In this document: positions 14,442 to 28,993 of the stretch, piece by piece
Layout: every line of letters begins with the position of its first letter
How positions within the stretch are numbered: the stretch's first letter is position 1
DNA from: Octopus sinensis
Taxonomy: Eukaryota
Direction: 5' to 3'
Assembly: GCF_006345805.1 (NCBI RefSeq)
Contig: NC_043000.1
Coordinates: forward strand, 162,750,001-162,814,000
Length of the DNA: 64,000 bases
Program-made: the position numbers and the translations under genes
Notes under the pieces: model-generated
The model's input: the letters and a program-made list of their open reading frames with translations, nothing else
Databases searched by the model: none
Told to the model about the DNA's origin: nothing

Positions 14442-15099
14442 CGAGGGTAAGTCATCAACATTTATCCGCACTTTCACCGTAGCATATCTTCATTATTGTC
14501 ACTCTTCTGCACATGTCTGCTTATAGTTGATAGTATTGTGGTCACGTGATCGAAGTTTCAGCCTGAAAGCGCCATTTTTCTTTCTGGCTTTGCAATGTAA
14601 GCATGGCCACTCCACTAGCAATGTGCATCTAAGAAGAACAAAGAGCAGTGATCCGATTTCTCTGGTCGGAAGGTGTGTCAGGTGCTGAAATTCATGAGAG
14701 GCTTTTAGCGCAATATGGGGACAGTGCACTACCGCGTAGAAGTGTGTATGAATGGATCGAGAAGTCTAAAGGCTGCCGCACAAAAGTGACGAACGAAGAG
14801 GGATCAGGACGACCGTCAACCTCCAGCACTGACGAGAAGATTCAGCAAGCTCAAAAATGGTGAACCGGTTCGTCATTACCATCTCTCGGATCACTACTCT
14901 TTTTTCTTCTTTGATGCACATTGCCAGTGGAGGGGCCGTGCTTACACTGTAAAGCCAGAAGGAAAAAATGGTGCGATCAGGATTAAACTTCGATCACATG
15001 ACCACAATTGTACCAACTATAAGCATTCATCTGCAGAAGACAGGGGACAATAATAAAGATATGTTATGGTGAAAGCGTGGAAAATTTTTGACTTACCCC

Positions 15100-15100
<1 letters not shown>
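14442..15100 (+). mobile_element. Mariner-derived foldback/MITE with long inverted arms and transposase N-terminal fragment
   Basis: TA|cgagggtaagtc ... gacttaccccg|TA ends; arms about 14442-14655 and 14886-15100; internal IRFLWSEGVSGAEIHERLLAQYGDSALPRRSVYEWIEK...GSGRPSTS matches the mariner HTH. Confidence 0.9.
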
Positions 15101-15174
<74 letters not shown>

Positions 15175-16959
15175 AGTGTGTGTGTGTGTGTGTATACGTA
15201 TGCATGTATGTATACATATGTATATATGCATTACTATAATTTCTCGTGCATCTACATGTGTACATATATGTGTGCATGTTTATATATGTATGTGTATATG
15301 TGATGTATAACACTTATGTGTATGTGTGTGCGTGTGCGTGTGTCTGTGCGCGTGAGCGTGCGTACGTACGTACGTAAATGTACCGTCTTTAAAATGGCCT
15401 GGGTACACTGTATTACGTATTTTTAGACACAATTCCTGAAATAACGAAACGGAATACCACTGATTGGAACCCTTTTAAACACACACCTGTTTGTTTGAAG
15501 CAATGATAATAAATACACCATCTATCTAGTTTAGGCTTCAAGCTCTGTTTTTGATCGTTCTTTTTGATCCGAAGCGCGAAAAACAGATTTAAAATGCGAT
15601 TCCAGAATATGAAGAAGCAATTTGTGAGTTGTTAATTCTCTGTATCGACCACAGTTAATCGCAAGGTTACCAATTTATAACCTTTGGTTAAGAACGTTTT
15701 TACATTTTGCTTAGAAATAAACGTTTGTAATTCAAATCCAACCTCGTACTAGAAACTGATTGAATATCATGTAGTGTAACGTTTCATTTTAAAAATAATT
15801 TTCATTGGCCAAACTTTAAATTTATATATAACAATGGCCGTTATTTTGTATTACAGAACTAGGGCTACAGAGACCTTGTCATGTTGGAAATAAATTGAGA
15901 ACGACAAACATATTATCTTTTATTGATGTTCCGTCCAGTCGCAATGTTAAATTCAATGAAGACTCTCACTTTATCATAGACAATGTAAGATTAGTGGTGG
16001 AACCAAATTTACTTATGTGGAATGCACAACTTCTTTTACGTTGCGAGCTCCTGCTTGTGGTAAATTTAAGTGGATGCCAAGTAAGAGCGAAACAAAGATA
16101 AAGGAAAAACACACGATGACAATCGAAAATCAAACCGATCGACTAATGATGTATAAAAACATTTTCATCTCTAAAGAAGGGGTTAATAGTCGGAAAAAAA
16201 TTGAATCCCAGACATTTATATATTTCATTAAGTTTTATATTTTTCAGTACCCTAGAGGATAAATAGGTCGTTAGCATTAGATTGTAAATAAAGCTTCGTG
16301 GTACAAATACATTCTAGCATCATGTACGCACCTAAGAATAAAACATTTGATGGCAATAGGAGATCGCGCCAGACAAAGCATTGTTTATACAGGTGTACAT
16401 CTAAACAATACTTTAATCAACAAAAAATCATGTTAATGGTAAAAAAAAAATAATTAAAATCTCACAAAGAACAACTGGTCGCAAACAATCAATTTCAATT
16501 AATTAACCATTTATCCATTTTATGTATGTGCCTGCCAAATTTTCATTTCTAATTGGCTTCCGATACGCTTGCTTTCTTTGATTTAATAAACTATTCCATC
16601 TTCTTCATCTGGCTCCTCTTCTTTTACACTTCGTTTCCTAATTGAACTTCATTCCATTCCTTAGATATTCCTTAGTCTTCTGGAATATCCTGTTGCTATT
16701 GCTATTTTGAGTTCTATAGCGTTTATAGCGTATTTTAATATCAACAAAGGTTCTACTTTCCCTCTAATACGGATTTGTTGCTCCGTTTCTCGAATGCTGA
16801 TGTGAGTCATATATTTTTGCGAACATCGTTAATTTGTTTTCGAAATTTCAGCTAAAATTATCTTATTTACGTTCAGATTCACGACTGATTTTCCATCTTA
16901 TCAGTGCCATTCTCGTCTTGTATCAGTTGTTTAAATATTTAAAAGTTTTTGCAAAACAT

Positions 16960-17895
16960 ACTTGATACAGTCACAATACTTAAATAATAACAATCTTTCT
17001 TTGATGACCAATACTACCAAAACATACATGGTAAGGGAATGGGGAAAACACTAATGATGAGAGTTCTGGGAGACGAAAAAATCTATACCCTGTCTGAGAT
17101 TACTTTTGATCAATATTTCCAATCCTGCTTAATGGAGAACCGGAAAAGATACTCGGTTGACTGCATCATATTCTGGAGCAAAAGTAAAGAGGTCTTTATA
17201 ACATTCCTTAAATTACTAAAGAGCGGTCATCAACCGATCCAGTTCAGTATAGAAATGAATGAAAGAGGACACCCTTCCCTGGATATTCTGATAATTAAAG
17301 AAATGAGGCAGTTATAATTGATTGCGTTCAATAGTTACATATACCAACAGATGAGATAAACACCTGTATAACTAAATCTGTCGCTTCAAAAGGAGATATA
17401 TTCCAGGACCCTAATGAATCATGACATATCATAAGGAAAGGAAGTTCCTGTCTCTGCCTTGCGATGAAATATTTACACTGAGACTAAAAACAAAATACAA
17501 ATGTAAATATTCCATTTGTAGTCACACATAATCCTAGGAATCACAACATCCTGCAATCGGCCAAACGATACCTCCCTAATTTACATCAGTCACCGAATCT
17601 CTGAGAAACAATTAAAGAATCGCAAACAGCCGAAGACAGCCACCAAATCTCAAAAGATGCATAACAAAGGCCAGATTCACATTGGAGAGAGAAATAATGC
17701 AGGTAAGAATCTGTGGTGACCCTCGTTGCGTGAAATATGAACTAATTGAACAAGGAACAACCAAACTGTTCAAGAACAGGCAGGAACTGAAAGTGAATGA
17801 AAATATAAATTGCAAAGCAAAAAATCTTATCTACAGCATCATGTGCCCACAGTGCAACTAAAGTTATAACGATGAAACAAACCAACCGAGAGAAT
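16960..17895 (+). mobile_element. Decayed Penelope-like element (RT C-terminus, linker, start of GIY-YIG)
   Basis: IPFVVTHNPRN, RQPPNLKRCITKARF, CGDPRC and INCKAKNLIYSIMCPQCN motifs, with stops and frameshifts. Confidence 0.8.
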
Positions 17896-18362
17896 GTGTG
17901 TTTGAATATGTATGTATGTATGCACACACAAGGAGACAGAGGTACATACAATACAAACACATGCTCACACACACATACATAGAAAATACACAAACACGGA
18001 TATGCAAGCACATAAATATGCAGGATACGTACATACAGATGCACACACATACATATATATATACACATGAAAACGCACACATACATACATACGTACATGC
18101 ATGCATGTATAGGCACACACACGCACACACACACACACACACTGGCCGACACACATGCGCACAAACGTAGAAAAGGGAACGCAGTGTAAATAACGGACAG
18201 AGTCAATACTATTGAAAAGGTTGCAAGACGTAACGAAAATTTTAGGAAAATAAAAATAAGAAATAACTGGAAATTTTACCGGTGAGTGTGTTAAATTATA
18301 AGGCACTAAAAGAGAATGACTCTCCCCAGACACAACAGTATATATATATGTGTATATATATA

Positions 18363-18459
<97 letters not shown>

Positions 18460-18879
18460 TGTGTGTGCGTGTTTGTGTGTACACAAACATAAATATATAA
18501 ATTATAAGAACTAATCTGAAGATGGATGCTACGCAAATTACGTAATCAACGATAGTCTAAAATGTGATGTAAAACATTTATAATACGTTTGCTTATAGCA
18601 GTGAAACATTTGTGTAACTCATTTCAACATCACAGCAGATGCTTTGTGATATTCTTTTATTGGCTTAAATTAATGAGTTTATAATACGACATCTCATTTG
18701 TGCGTTAAAGTTAATTTAATTAAATGTACATTAAACTGTCCGTATATAAACTGTTTAACACGTTTATATGAGATGTCAGTGATGACGTCTAATATGGAAA
18801 CCAAGAGTAATGCGTTTCTTAGAATGAAACGAACTTAAGAAATGGTCTTTTTAATTTAGAATAAATTTGATCGACCACC

Positions 18880-20070
18880 TACTTGGTAACAAGGTTGTAA
18901 AGGAAGTATGTTGTTTTAATCAACGTCCTTTAAATTTGAAGTTCTTGCAGATTTTTATAATATTTATAGTCTCAGATATCGGGATCAGCTGTGACGTATG
19001 AATAAAGAATTTACGTTTTCTCCCCATGAGACCAAGTTCTGCCAGACTTTTCTCCAGACGGCTTAGTTTGTATCCTGTTGCTTCTGTAATAATAGGTATG
19101 AAACTGAAAGTATATCTTGGGTCCTAGATTTGTAAATTCCTCATCGATGGCCCACAGATGTCCATTTTTTCTTGTATTTTTCTCACGACATTATTGTCCG
19201 GAGGGAAGAAAATTTCCAGTACAAAACATAACTTTTCCTTGTGGTAACACACAATAATATCTGATCAGTTGTGTTGTCACTTGGTAGCTCTTTTAATTAT
19301 TGATTTCCACCAATATATTTTATCATATTGGTCTCAATACGATATTTTCTTTTTGTTATTCTGTTCCTGTTCCAAACCGTTCTGGCCACCGCGTCATGTT
19401 TTATGGGAAGATATCTGGAGGATATTCTCTCATGATTGGCAATAATGTGGCTGATGTCTTCAGCCTTGGTCTTGTGTCAACGTTTTCTGCCTTTTATGCT
19501 ATATGTACTTGGCGGGGATCTCTTATTCTTGAATCGCATGGCGGTAGCCCACGAAGGCAGGTGTCATAAACTTGTCGGTACTCCATGCTTAGCTTTTGAC
19601 GTAAAAAATCCCTTCTATGGTTTGTTTTCCGTGCCAAGTTCTATCTTCTCAGTGAACGGGACCATTTTTATTTCTATTTTTCTCATAAATACATTTTAAA
19701 TATATACGTTTGTAAGAGATCTGCATCAGCTCTTATTTCTCAAGATCATCAGCTATTCTAACTAATTATGTTTATTTCATGGTCATCAACTTGGGCAAAA
19801 CAGTTACTCGTCTCTTTCTTCTGTTGCAGATGTTTCAGAGTTACAGTAAGTGCTTCATACGACTTCAATACAGATTTGAGACCACGACCACCATCCACGC
19901 CTCTCTACATCTTCATTGATGTTGAAGTTTCCTGTAACAATGCGCAACTTGAAAGTTTGAATATCTGTCCCAATGAGTTCTTGTAGTGACCTGTCCAGAA
20001 GGACAAACGTGAGGACAGGCACTGCAAGATTGCTCTGGGCAATATGCTTGTTGTGAGCTGAGTTCTGGTT
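18880..20070 (-). mobile_element. R4/Dong-type non-LTR retrotransposon 3' fragment (RT thumb plus REL endonuclease), degenerate
   Basis: Manual translation gives LAVPVLTF...GNFNINEDVER...GGRGLKSV and WWKSIIKRATK*QHN*SDIIV...KLCFVLEIFFPPDNNVVRKIQEK...FIPII, matching the REL 'HNRPDI...E...K' pattern. Confidence 0.75.
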
Positions 20071-20321
20071 ACCATATTCTCTTTATATTTATGTATGTAT
20101 GTATGTATGTATGTATGTATGTATGTATGTATGCATGAATGTATGTATGCGCGGGCGCATGTGAATGTACGTATACATGTATATTTTACTCTTGTTCAGG
20201 AAGCTATCTATACTTAGTCTATTTCTTTTTTGGGAATTCTTGCGATAATTAGCTTCTGTTATCTTCTAATCATCAACTTCCCTTACCTTCACGTTTCTTT
20301 TTTCTCATTCTATCAAAAAAA

Positions 20322-20352
<31 letters not shown>

Positions 20353-20518
20353 ACTGCTTTCGCTATCTTTTTAACTCTTCTCCTTTCCACTAATTTCAAC
20401 GTTTCATTTGCAAATTTAGCAAATTTCATGCCAGAATTTATCTCGAGATCTTTAAGAACGAAACTTTACCAGCGAAACTACACCAGTAGCATCAACAACA
20501 ACCAGCACCACCACCACC

Positions 20519-20556
<38 letters not shown>

Positions 20557-22090
20557 ATGAACAGCGAAAACAACGTTGTGTATGAAGGCAAGAAAATAAA
20601 CAGGAACATCAGCCACAATAGCAATGATTTGATCGGTGCTAACAACAACAGCAATAAAAATACCAACAATGGCGAAAATTATAATTTAAACACCGAAAAG
20701 AAATAGAAATTGTAGTTACTTCATCGACATAAAAAAATAGTAGCATTATTTGCAAGAACAGCATTATTTGCAAGAACAGCATGTGCAGCAACAGCATCAG
20801 TGGAAACAATAAGATCAAGCAGCAGCTATATGAACAGTGTCAAGAAGCGTAAGCAAACGTGAGGTGCATTTTCGTGGTCGTTCTATCCTCTAGAAATAGC
20901 AACCAAATCTCTCGCAAATCAAACATTACTGAATTGAAAGTGGAAGGTCACATTGGAGAGAGAAAAGAGATAGGTTGAGAGAGAAAGTGAAGCAGAATGA
21001 TTGAAGTGTGTAGCTAGGACAGGACTTGCTTCGGAGCACTTTGTAATTAATGAAAGGAACACCATCAAGGTAAGAGTTACTCGTCGTTTATGTTATTGTT
21101 GGTCCTCATAAAGAAGAAACGGAAAGAGCTGGAAAAGATTGTCTTAGTGTGTGCAAGGTGTAATTAAATTGAAAGCGAGCAGTAAATGTAGCTTTCTTTG
21201 CTGGAGTACTTCTTACAGAGCCATCAGGGTTCGCAAATAGAGATGAAGGTGATAACTTAAAGTTGTGATCCTAAAAGAATTGCTGGAGTTTCAGAGGCGT
21301 GAGTCATGCAGGCTCTGCGATATACAAAGGTAGTAATTAATAGCCATCTAGTTTGCAGGAACAACAGGCCTTTCTAGGAGTTCTAGGGCATGTTCTTCGT
21401 CTCTACTGCTGTAGCACGTTCACATGCAAAATACTTTGGGGGATTTGGCATTATACGATTTGGTTGCTTAGGGAATATAGAGGAGCAATACTTAATCGAT
21501 ATGTTTCAAAAGCTTGTGCTTACTGGTACACTAGTCACGAACTATGAGACAAGGGGATAAGCAAGCTGATATGATAACATTGCAGATAATGGCCTCTGAC
21601 AGCAGGCCGCCAACGGAAAAGCTTTCCGCCTTTACAATCTGACAACTGATGGTTTCTTGAATAAGAAATTGTAGCTGGGAATCTGCACGTCATGAGATTG
21701 TAGTGTCCTCTGTTAGAGTCCCATCCGAATGCTTTCATCACAATGAGATCAGCTAAAATTACCCATTATGCAGAGTAGTAGTATTAAACCATGAGACATA
21801 TTGGACATACGTGACGGGTCATGGGTCATCTTAATCATTATTTTCTGGTTAAGAAGATCGATTCACATCAAAATAATTTCGAGTTCATGTGGGCAAGTGT
21901 CTTATACCATAGAATCTGGTCAGCCAAAGCTTTCTTAGGAAATTTCACTGACAGAAGCTGTAACGAAAATATTGGGTCAGAGCTTTTGCATTTCCAGTGA
22001 AGTTAAACTAATCTGTCCCCACGGTGAACACTTCCGCATAATCTTAAAGTGCTTTAGATTTATGCTTATTGTAAGCATCCGGAAATATGA

Positions 22091-22424
22091 AGGCGCATGG
22101 CTCGGTGGTTAGAGCGTCGAGCTTACGATCGTGAGGTTGAGAGCTGGAATCCCGGACCGGGCTGCGTGATGTGCTCTTGAGCAAGACATTTTATTTCACG
22201 TTGCTCCAGTTCACTCAGCTGTAGAATTGAGTTGCAACGTCACTCATGCAAGCTGTATCGGCCTCTGCCTTTCCCTTGGATAACACTGGTGGCGAGGAGA
22301 GGGGAGGTCGGTATGCATGGGCGACAGCTGGTCTTCCATAAACAAACTTTCCCCGGACTTGAATCTAGGAGGGTAACTTTCTAGCAGCAATCCCATGGTC
22401 TGTGTCGTGACCGGAGGCGGTCTC
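22091..22424 (+). mobile_element. Full-length SINE family D
   Basis: A box tggctcggtgg, tRNA-like head, CORE-like tcttgagcaagac, distinct tail. Confidence 0.9.
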
Positions 22425-23139
22425 AGATATGTATTCGGAAACGGTCTCCCGTCTGACGATAACTTTTCTATCCTCCCACTAAGCTTGGAAGCATTTTTTC
22501 TCCTGTGAAGTAAAAATGCTAAGAACAAGAAATAAAAAGCAAGAATTTCACCAGCACCGACAACAACAATAGTAACAATAACAACTGTAGCAACACTTAT
22601 AACAACAGAAATCAATATCACTGCTATCTTGACTACCATCATCACCCAACATCAACACGGCCACCACCAACACCTCCATTGCCATTAACCACAGCCAAAT
22701 GATAACAGTACCAACAACAACAGCAACAATGCAAGTCAGTAAGAACAACATTATAAATACACATACCGTCAGTAACAATACTATCAACAACGGTAATATG
22801 ATTCCTCCAGAACCAACTCTACGATTACCACCCACCTTGATGCCATTATTACCACCGGCCACAACAGCCCCGCCCCACATGAAATCGCAAAGGATTTGTA
22901 TAACCTCCAAATAGGAAGGAGGTAGGTAATATTTCTTTCATTTCTTATAAATTTCATTAATACACATTTCCTTTGTTTTTGATTCTTTCAATATCTACAC
23001 ACGCACTCATAAAGACACACACATGGACGGTCATGTACGTGTGCACACACACCAACTCATACATATATGTATATATGTAAGATGTTTGTGTGGGAATCTA
23101 GCTGTGTATGTGCATGTGTATATAAATAGTTAATTCAAA

Positions 23140-23330
23140 ATACCACTGAGAAAAAGAAAAGAACAAAGGTTTGGACGTGGCACAGGCAATGTTTTAATGA
23201 GACGTTCAGAGAAAGAAAAGAGTAGAAAGTTTACGTTTCGAGCCTAGCTTCGGAAATAGGAAGAAAGAGAAAAGTCCAAGACGGAGGAGGAAATAAAATC
23301 GTCAGCAATCACGTGCGGTTAAATTTTTTA
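23140..23330 (-). mobile_element. Putative Penelope pLTR remnant
   Basis: Minus strand ccgaagctaggctcgaaacgta (degenerate hammerhead-like), downstream of the GIY-YIG fragment at 24271-25005. Confidence 0.45.
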
Positions 23331-23446
23331 AGTAACCGGAAGTAGGAATGAAGAGAAAATGCTTTCTGGAGTAGAAGAGAGAGAAAATGATCAATGTGCG
23401 TGTGTGTAGTCTGTGCGCTTGTGTGTGTGTGTGGTAGGATCTGTGT

Positions 23447-23483
<37 letters not shown>

Positions 23484-24270
23484 GTGTGTGCGTATGTGTG
23501 TGTGTGTGTGTGTGTGCGTGTGTGTGTTAATGTCGTTTTGAGCGATCAGCAACTATAGTCAGAAGTGAATGAACGGGTGGGTGAGGCAGTTGATGTCTGT
23601 GAGTGTTTGCGTGTGCGCGTAGATGGAAGGGTCAATAGAGGGTCAGAGACACTCAGAAGAGGGTGTGAGAATGGGTGGGTGTGGCTATAGAGGGATGAGA
23701 AGTAGTATGTGAGGGTGCGTTGGTGTAGCCAAGGGTGTGGGTATTATGTGTGAGGAGGTGTGTGAGTGTGTGCATCTGTGAATACGTGTGTATGTGTGTG
23801 TGAGAGAGAGAGAGAGTGCGTGTGTGTGTATGAGTGCGTGTGCGTATGTGTGTGGGTGTGTGTGTGCGTCCGCGTGGGTGTGTGAGGTATGTTGTGTAGG
23901 AATATCAAAAATAAGAAATTATACAAATAAATAGTGAAAAATAAAAATTACGAAAACCAAAAAAAATAATATAAATAATAAATAATAAAATTAACAAATA
24001 GACAATGAAAGTAAAATTTGATAATAATAAATAAATGAAACAGATTAAGTGAATTGATCAGTAAGAGAAAAAAATTCCCTAACAGAAATAAGATCAGTAA
24101 CAGAAATAAATAAAAGCTATATAAAAATTATTTTTTAAATATATTTTAAAATTATCTGAAAAATAATTTTAAAAAATATATTAAAGAATTGTTTAAAAAC
24201 TGTTTTTAGATTATTAAATTATTATTTAAAAAATTATTTTAAAATTATTTAAAAATTATAAAAAATAAAA

Positions 24271-25300
<1,030 letters not shown>

Positions 25301-25594
25301 CTTTTTATTGTAGCCACACAGGGCTAAACACAGAATAAAAATGGACGAAATACAATGTAGAATTTTTTCTTTTCGAGGTGGGATGGGTGGAGCACAAAAA
25401 AAAACACGTTTGATCAATAGGGATCTGTGGGTTGTGTGGTGTATAAAAAGGCAATATATATATATATATATATAAGGTTCACAGTTTAGGTGTAGCCTTG
25501 GAAAGAAAAACCTACAAAAAAGACCAAGGTCACCTCAGACAATTCGAAAAAGAACACATGAGTAAGTCGCCTTACTTCTCGTTGTCTCTTTTGG

Positions 25595-28500
25595 TTACAG
25601 ATTTATGCTTAAAATAGTGTCGTCTTTCATTCTGACCATTTTTGCCACTTTTACCCATTTTTTATTAAAACATTCGTTCGACAAAGCCTTCCTCTCTATT
25701 CTCATCCTCCTTTTCAAGTGGTACTTGAAAAAGTTGACGAGAGTCTGACCAGAGAGGAAGGTGTTTGTTTGCAGTCCTTTCAAACGCGTCCACCACACAC
25801 ATTCTTTCGCCATAGCCATCAGCGTAACGAAAACCGTTTTCCCTTCCCGTTTAAAGGAAGGTGGTGGAACAATACTCACAATAGACTCGGCCGATAGGCG
25901 AGCCCGACCTACACGTGACAACAGCTGCTGTAGAGCTTGGCGACACTCTCGGTGCCAATCGCCCAGTTTCGGTCTCTTTTTGATCCACGTTTGCAGTTCG
26001 GTCAGTGAGACGAGCTGCGGGAAGTCGCGCCTCACAAACGGCGCCCACACCTGTTCACCGTCGTCGATGAAGTTCCAGAGATGTCGCAGTCTCAGCGCAT
26101 GCCTGCGCATCACCAACCACGGCATGCCCAGTCCTCCATTCAACGGATGTTGACAGTAAATGGACTTCCTCACCATCGGAACGCCACTCTTCCACAGGAA
26201 GCGGAAGCGTATGCGTTCCAGTTTGGTAATGGTGGCGTCGGGACAAGGTACGACGGTCAGGCGGTAATCGATGACGGATGCGATGTACGCGTTCGCCACC
26301 TCCGCCCGGCCTTTTAGAGACAGCTTTCTCTCGGCCCATGTTTGGCTGAGAGCGACCACTCTACTCGTGATCTCGTCTCAGTTCTTATCCATTTGGAGGT
26401 CCGGACTGAACCAGACCCCGAGCAATTTAACCGGTCCGTCCGTCCAGCGTCCCACTACTGAGCCGCAGTCGGACGGCATGGGCTTGCTTCTCCAGGTGCC
26501 GAGTAGCAAACCCACTGACTTTTCCGGATTAATCTTTGCTCCCGTCACCGTTTCGTATTTTCTTAGTGTCTCGCCAATCATTTTGATGTGTTTTTCGCTC
26601 GACACTATGACGGTGACATCGTCCGCATATGCCGACACGCTCGTCCCGCAACCCAGTTCCCGTGGGATGCCCCTCAGTGTCGCCAGCTTCCGCAGTAGCG
26701 GCTCGAGAGTCAATACATACAGAAGCGCCGACAGGGGACACCCCTGACGGACCGAACGCGTGACGTCAAACGGTTTCGACAGGTGACCGTTCACCCGAAT
26801 CACCGATCGGATGCCGCTATACAAGGCAGCGATCCAACCGCGGAAGACGGGACCGAAGCCAGCCGCCCTGAGGACGGCCGCCAAGTACCGATGGTCGACC
26901 CTATCGAAGGCTTTAGACTGATCCAAATTTATCAGCGCCCCACCCATGCCAGGATCCTTAACTACCCTGTCCACAATGTAGCGCATCAGATGGAGGTTGT
27001 CATGTATGGTTCTGCCCGGCACGGCGCATGTTTGCGCCCTGTCGACCAGTTTAACAATGACAAGCGCCAACCTCTCGGCTATTACTTTGGCCAAAATTTT
27101 CAAATCTGCGTTGAGCAGAGTGATGGGCCTGAAATTATCTATAAAATTCCCCTTCTTTGGGTCTTTCTTCAGCAACGTTACTGCACCTCGGCTCACGAAA
27201 CCGGGGATTCTCCCGTTTTGTTGCCAGTTGCAGTAGACTGATGCCAAGAGGTCGCCAAACAAGTCTGGCATTCGACAATACAGCTCGTAGGGTAAACCAT
27301 CCAATCCAGGCGACTTATCCCTCGCGCAGCCCGCCATCGCATCCCACACGTCAGCGGCTGTGATGGGACTTTCACAACACTCCGCTTCTCTTGCCGAGAG
27401 CCGCGGCAGGTCGGTCAGGTAGGCACTGAAATCCATCCCGCGTTCCGACCCACCACTCGCACCAAACAGTCGAGCAAAGTGCTGTTGAAAGGCCTCACGC
27501 ATCCTTTCGCTGCGCCTCCGCTACCCGGGCCTCTCGCGTAGCTTCGATCCCTTCCTTCCTTAAGGCACGCATTTTAGCTCTGACGACGCAACCTTCGTGC
27601 TTGGCGTTGAGGTGTTGGTCGAGGGCCATCCTCGCAGCCAGCACGTTGGTTGCGCTGCCAGTGGTAAGTGCCTCTTCTAGTTTCTTAACCAAGTCTCCCT
27701 CTACTCTATTTCGTTCTATCGCTAATTCCTTGCTAAACCTAATTGATTCCGATTTTATTGCCATTTTCAGGGCGTACCACCAGCGGTTGTTAACGACGGC
27801 TCCCGTCAGCGCCCTCTTAATTAACTCGCTAATCCGGTTCCTGTAAACCTGTCACGCTAACAGCGACGTGTTCAGTTTCCAGTAACCGGGACCCTGCCTA
27901 TGTGTTTTATCTAAGTCGAGCGTACACGTAACAAATTTGTGATCTGTGTAGCTGACTATTTTAAATTGTGGACGTCCTACACTATCCCTATCCGCTGTCC
28001 TGCATAGAATTCTACCTAGATAAGATCTCGACGATCCGACGCGGTTTGTCCAAGTCCACGTTGGCACGTTTGGATGGTCGAGTCGAAACCTGTCAGACAA
28101 ATGGAAACGTCCGAGCAGGTCTTTGAGGCTCTTACACCCCCTTCTATTTCTATCTCTTCCCACATAATCTAGATGCGTGTCCAAGGTAGCGTTCCAATCC
28201 CCTACTAACAGTAAAGGTCTAGACGTACCCAGGAAAACCTCTAGACGTCTGAAGAAATCCGCCCGACCCGTTAAGGACGGTGCATAAACTGCCATCAGAC
28301 GGAATGCACATCCATTTCTGCCATCCACGTCCAAGACAACCAGCCTACCCTCCGGGTCTAGGAATATTGCTCTTACTTTTTACATTTAGACTCTTTCGAA
28401 AAAGCACCGCGGTACCTCCACCACCCATGTTCGGCAGACAGGGAGAAAAATAAATGTCAAATTGATTGCCAAACATGGACTCGAGGGCCCGCGGCTTACT

Positions 28501-28629
28501 GAGTCTGGTTTCACTGATAGCTACTATTTCCACATTCAGTGACTTGATGTCGTTTAGAAGGTAACCTTGCTTCCAAGCCGAGGCCAAGCCACGCGCATTC
28601 ACACAACCTAATTTAAGCATACTTGACAT
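25595..28629 (-). pseudogene. Tx1-like ORF2 (APE endonuclease plus reverse transcriptase), disrupted
   Basis: CVNARGL, AISET, VYAPS, VGDWN, TDH, GPGYWKLN; KSPGLDGL, FRPITLLNADLKILAK, LDQSKAFDRVDH, VRQGCPLS, YADD. Several frameshifts or stops; the C-terminal CCHC region is absent. Confidence 0.93.
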
Positions 28630-28993
28630 TTACGAAAATTGTGTTTTACACACTACATTAGAAGAGACAAGAGGCAAGAGGGGAGGTCACTTACTCATTT
28701 TAAAAGTTTCATTTTTTTCTTCTTCTTTGGTATTGTTTTTGATGAGGTGTTTGTATAGTTTTTTCGACAGGTATCGTTGAAACCCGCCTACCGCATTCGG
28801 AAATATTGTTTTCAGTATGTGGTGTTGTGCTTGTGTTATGTGTAAAATTCTGATGTGTTTCGGTGGTGTGGTGTGCGGATGATTGTTTGTCTTAAAGTCA
28901 TCTTCACAGATGACCGTGCTGGATGTGATGTAGTCCATTAATTCTTTATTGTCTATGTCTATTGCAGTTAGTTGTGTGTGTGGTTTTACGGTT

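Noticed and set aside
22244-22914. Hydrophobic 133/120-aa ORFs resembling membrane proteins
   Set aside because: Antisense reading of degenerate (AAC/ACC)n low-complexity DNA plus a SINE.
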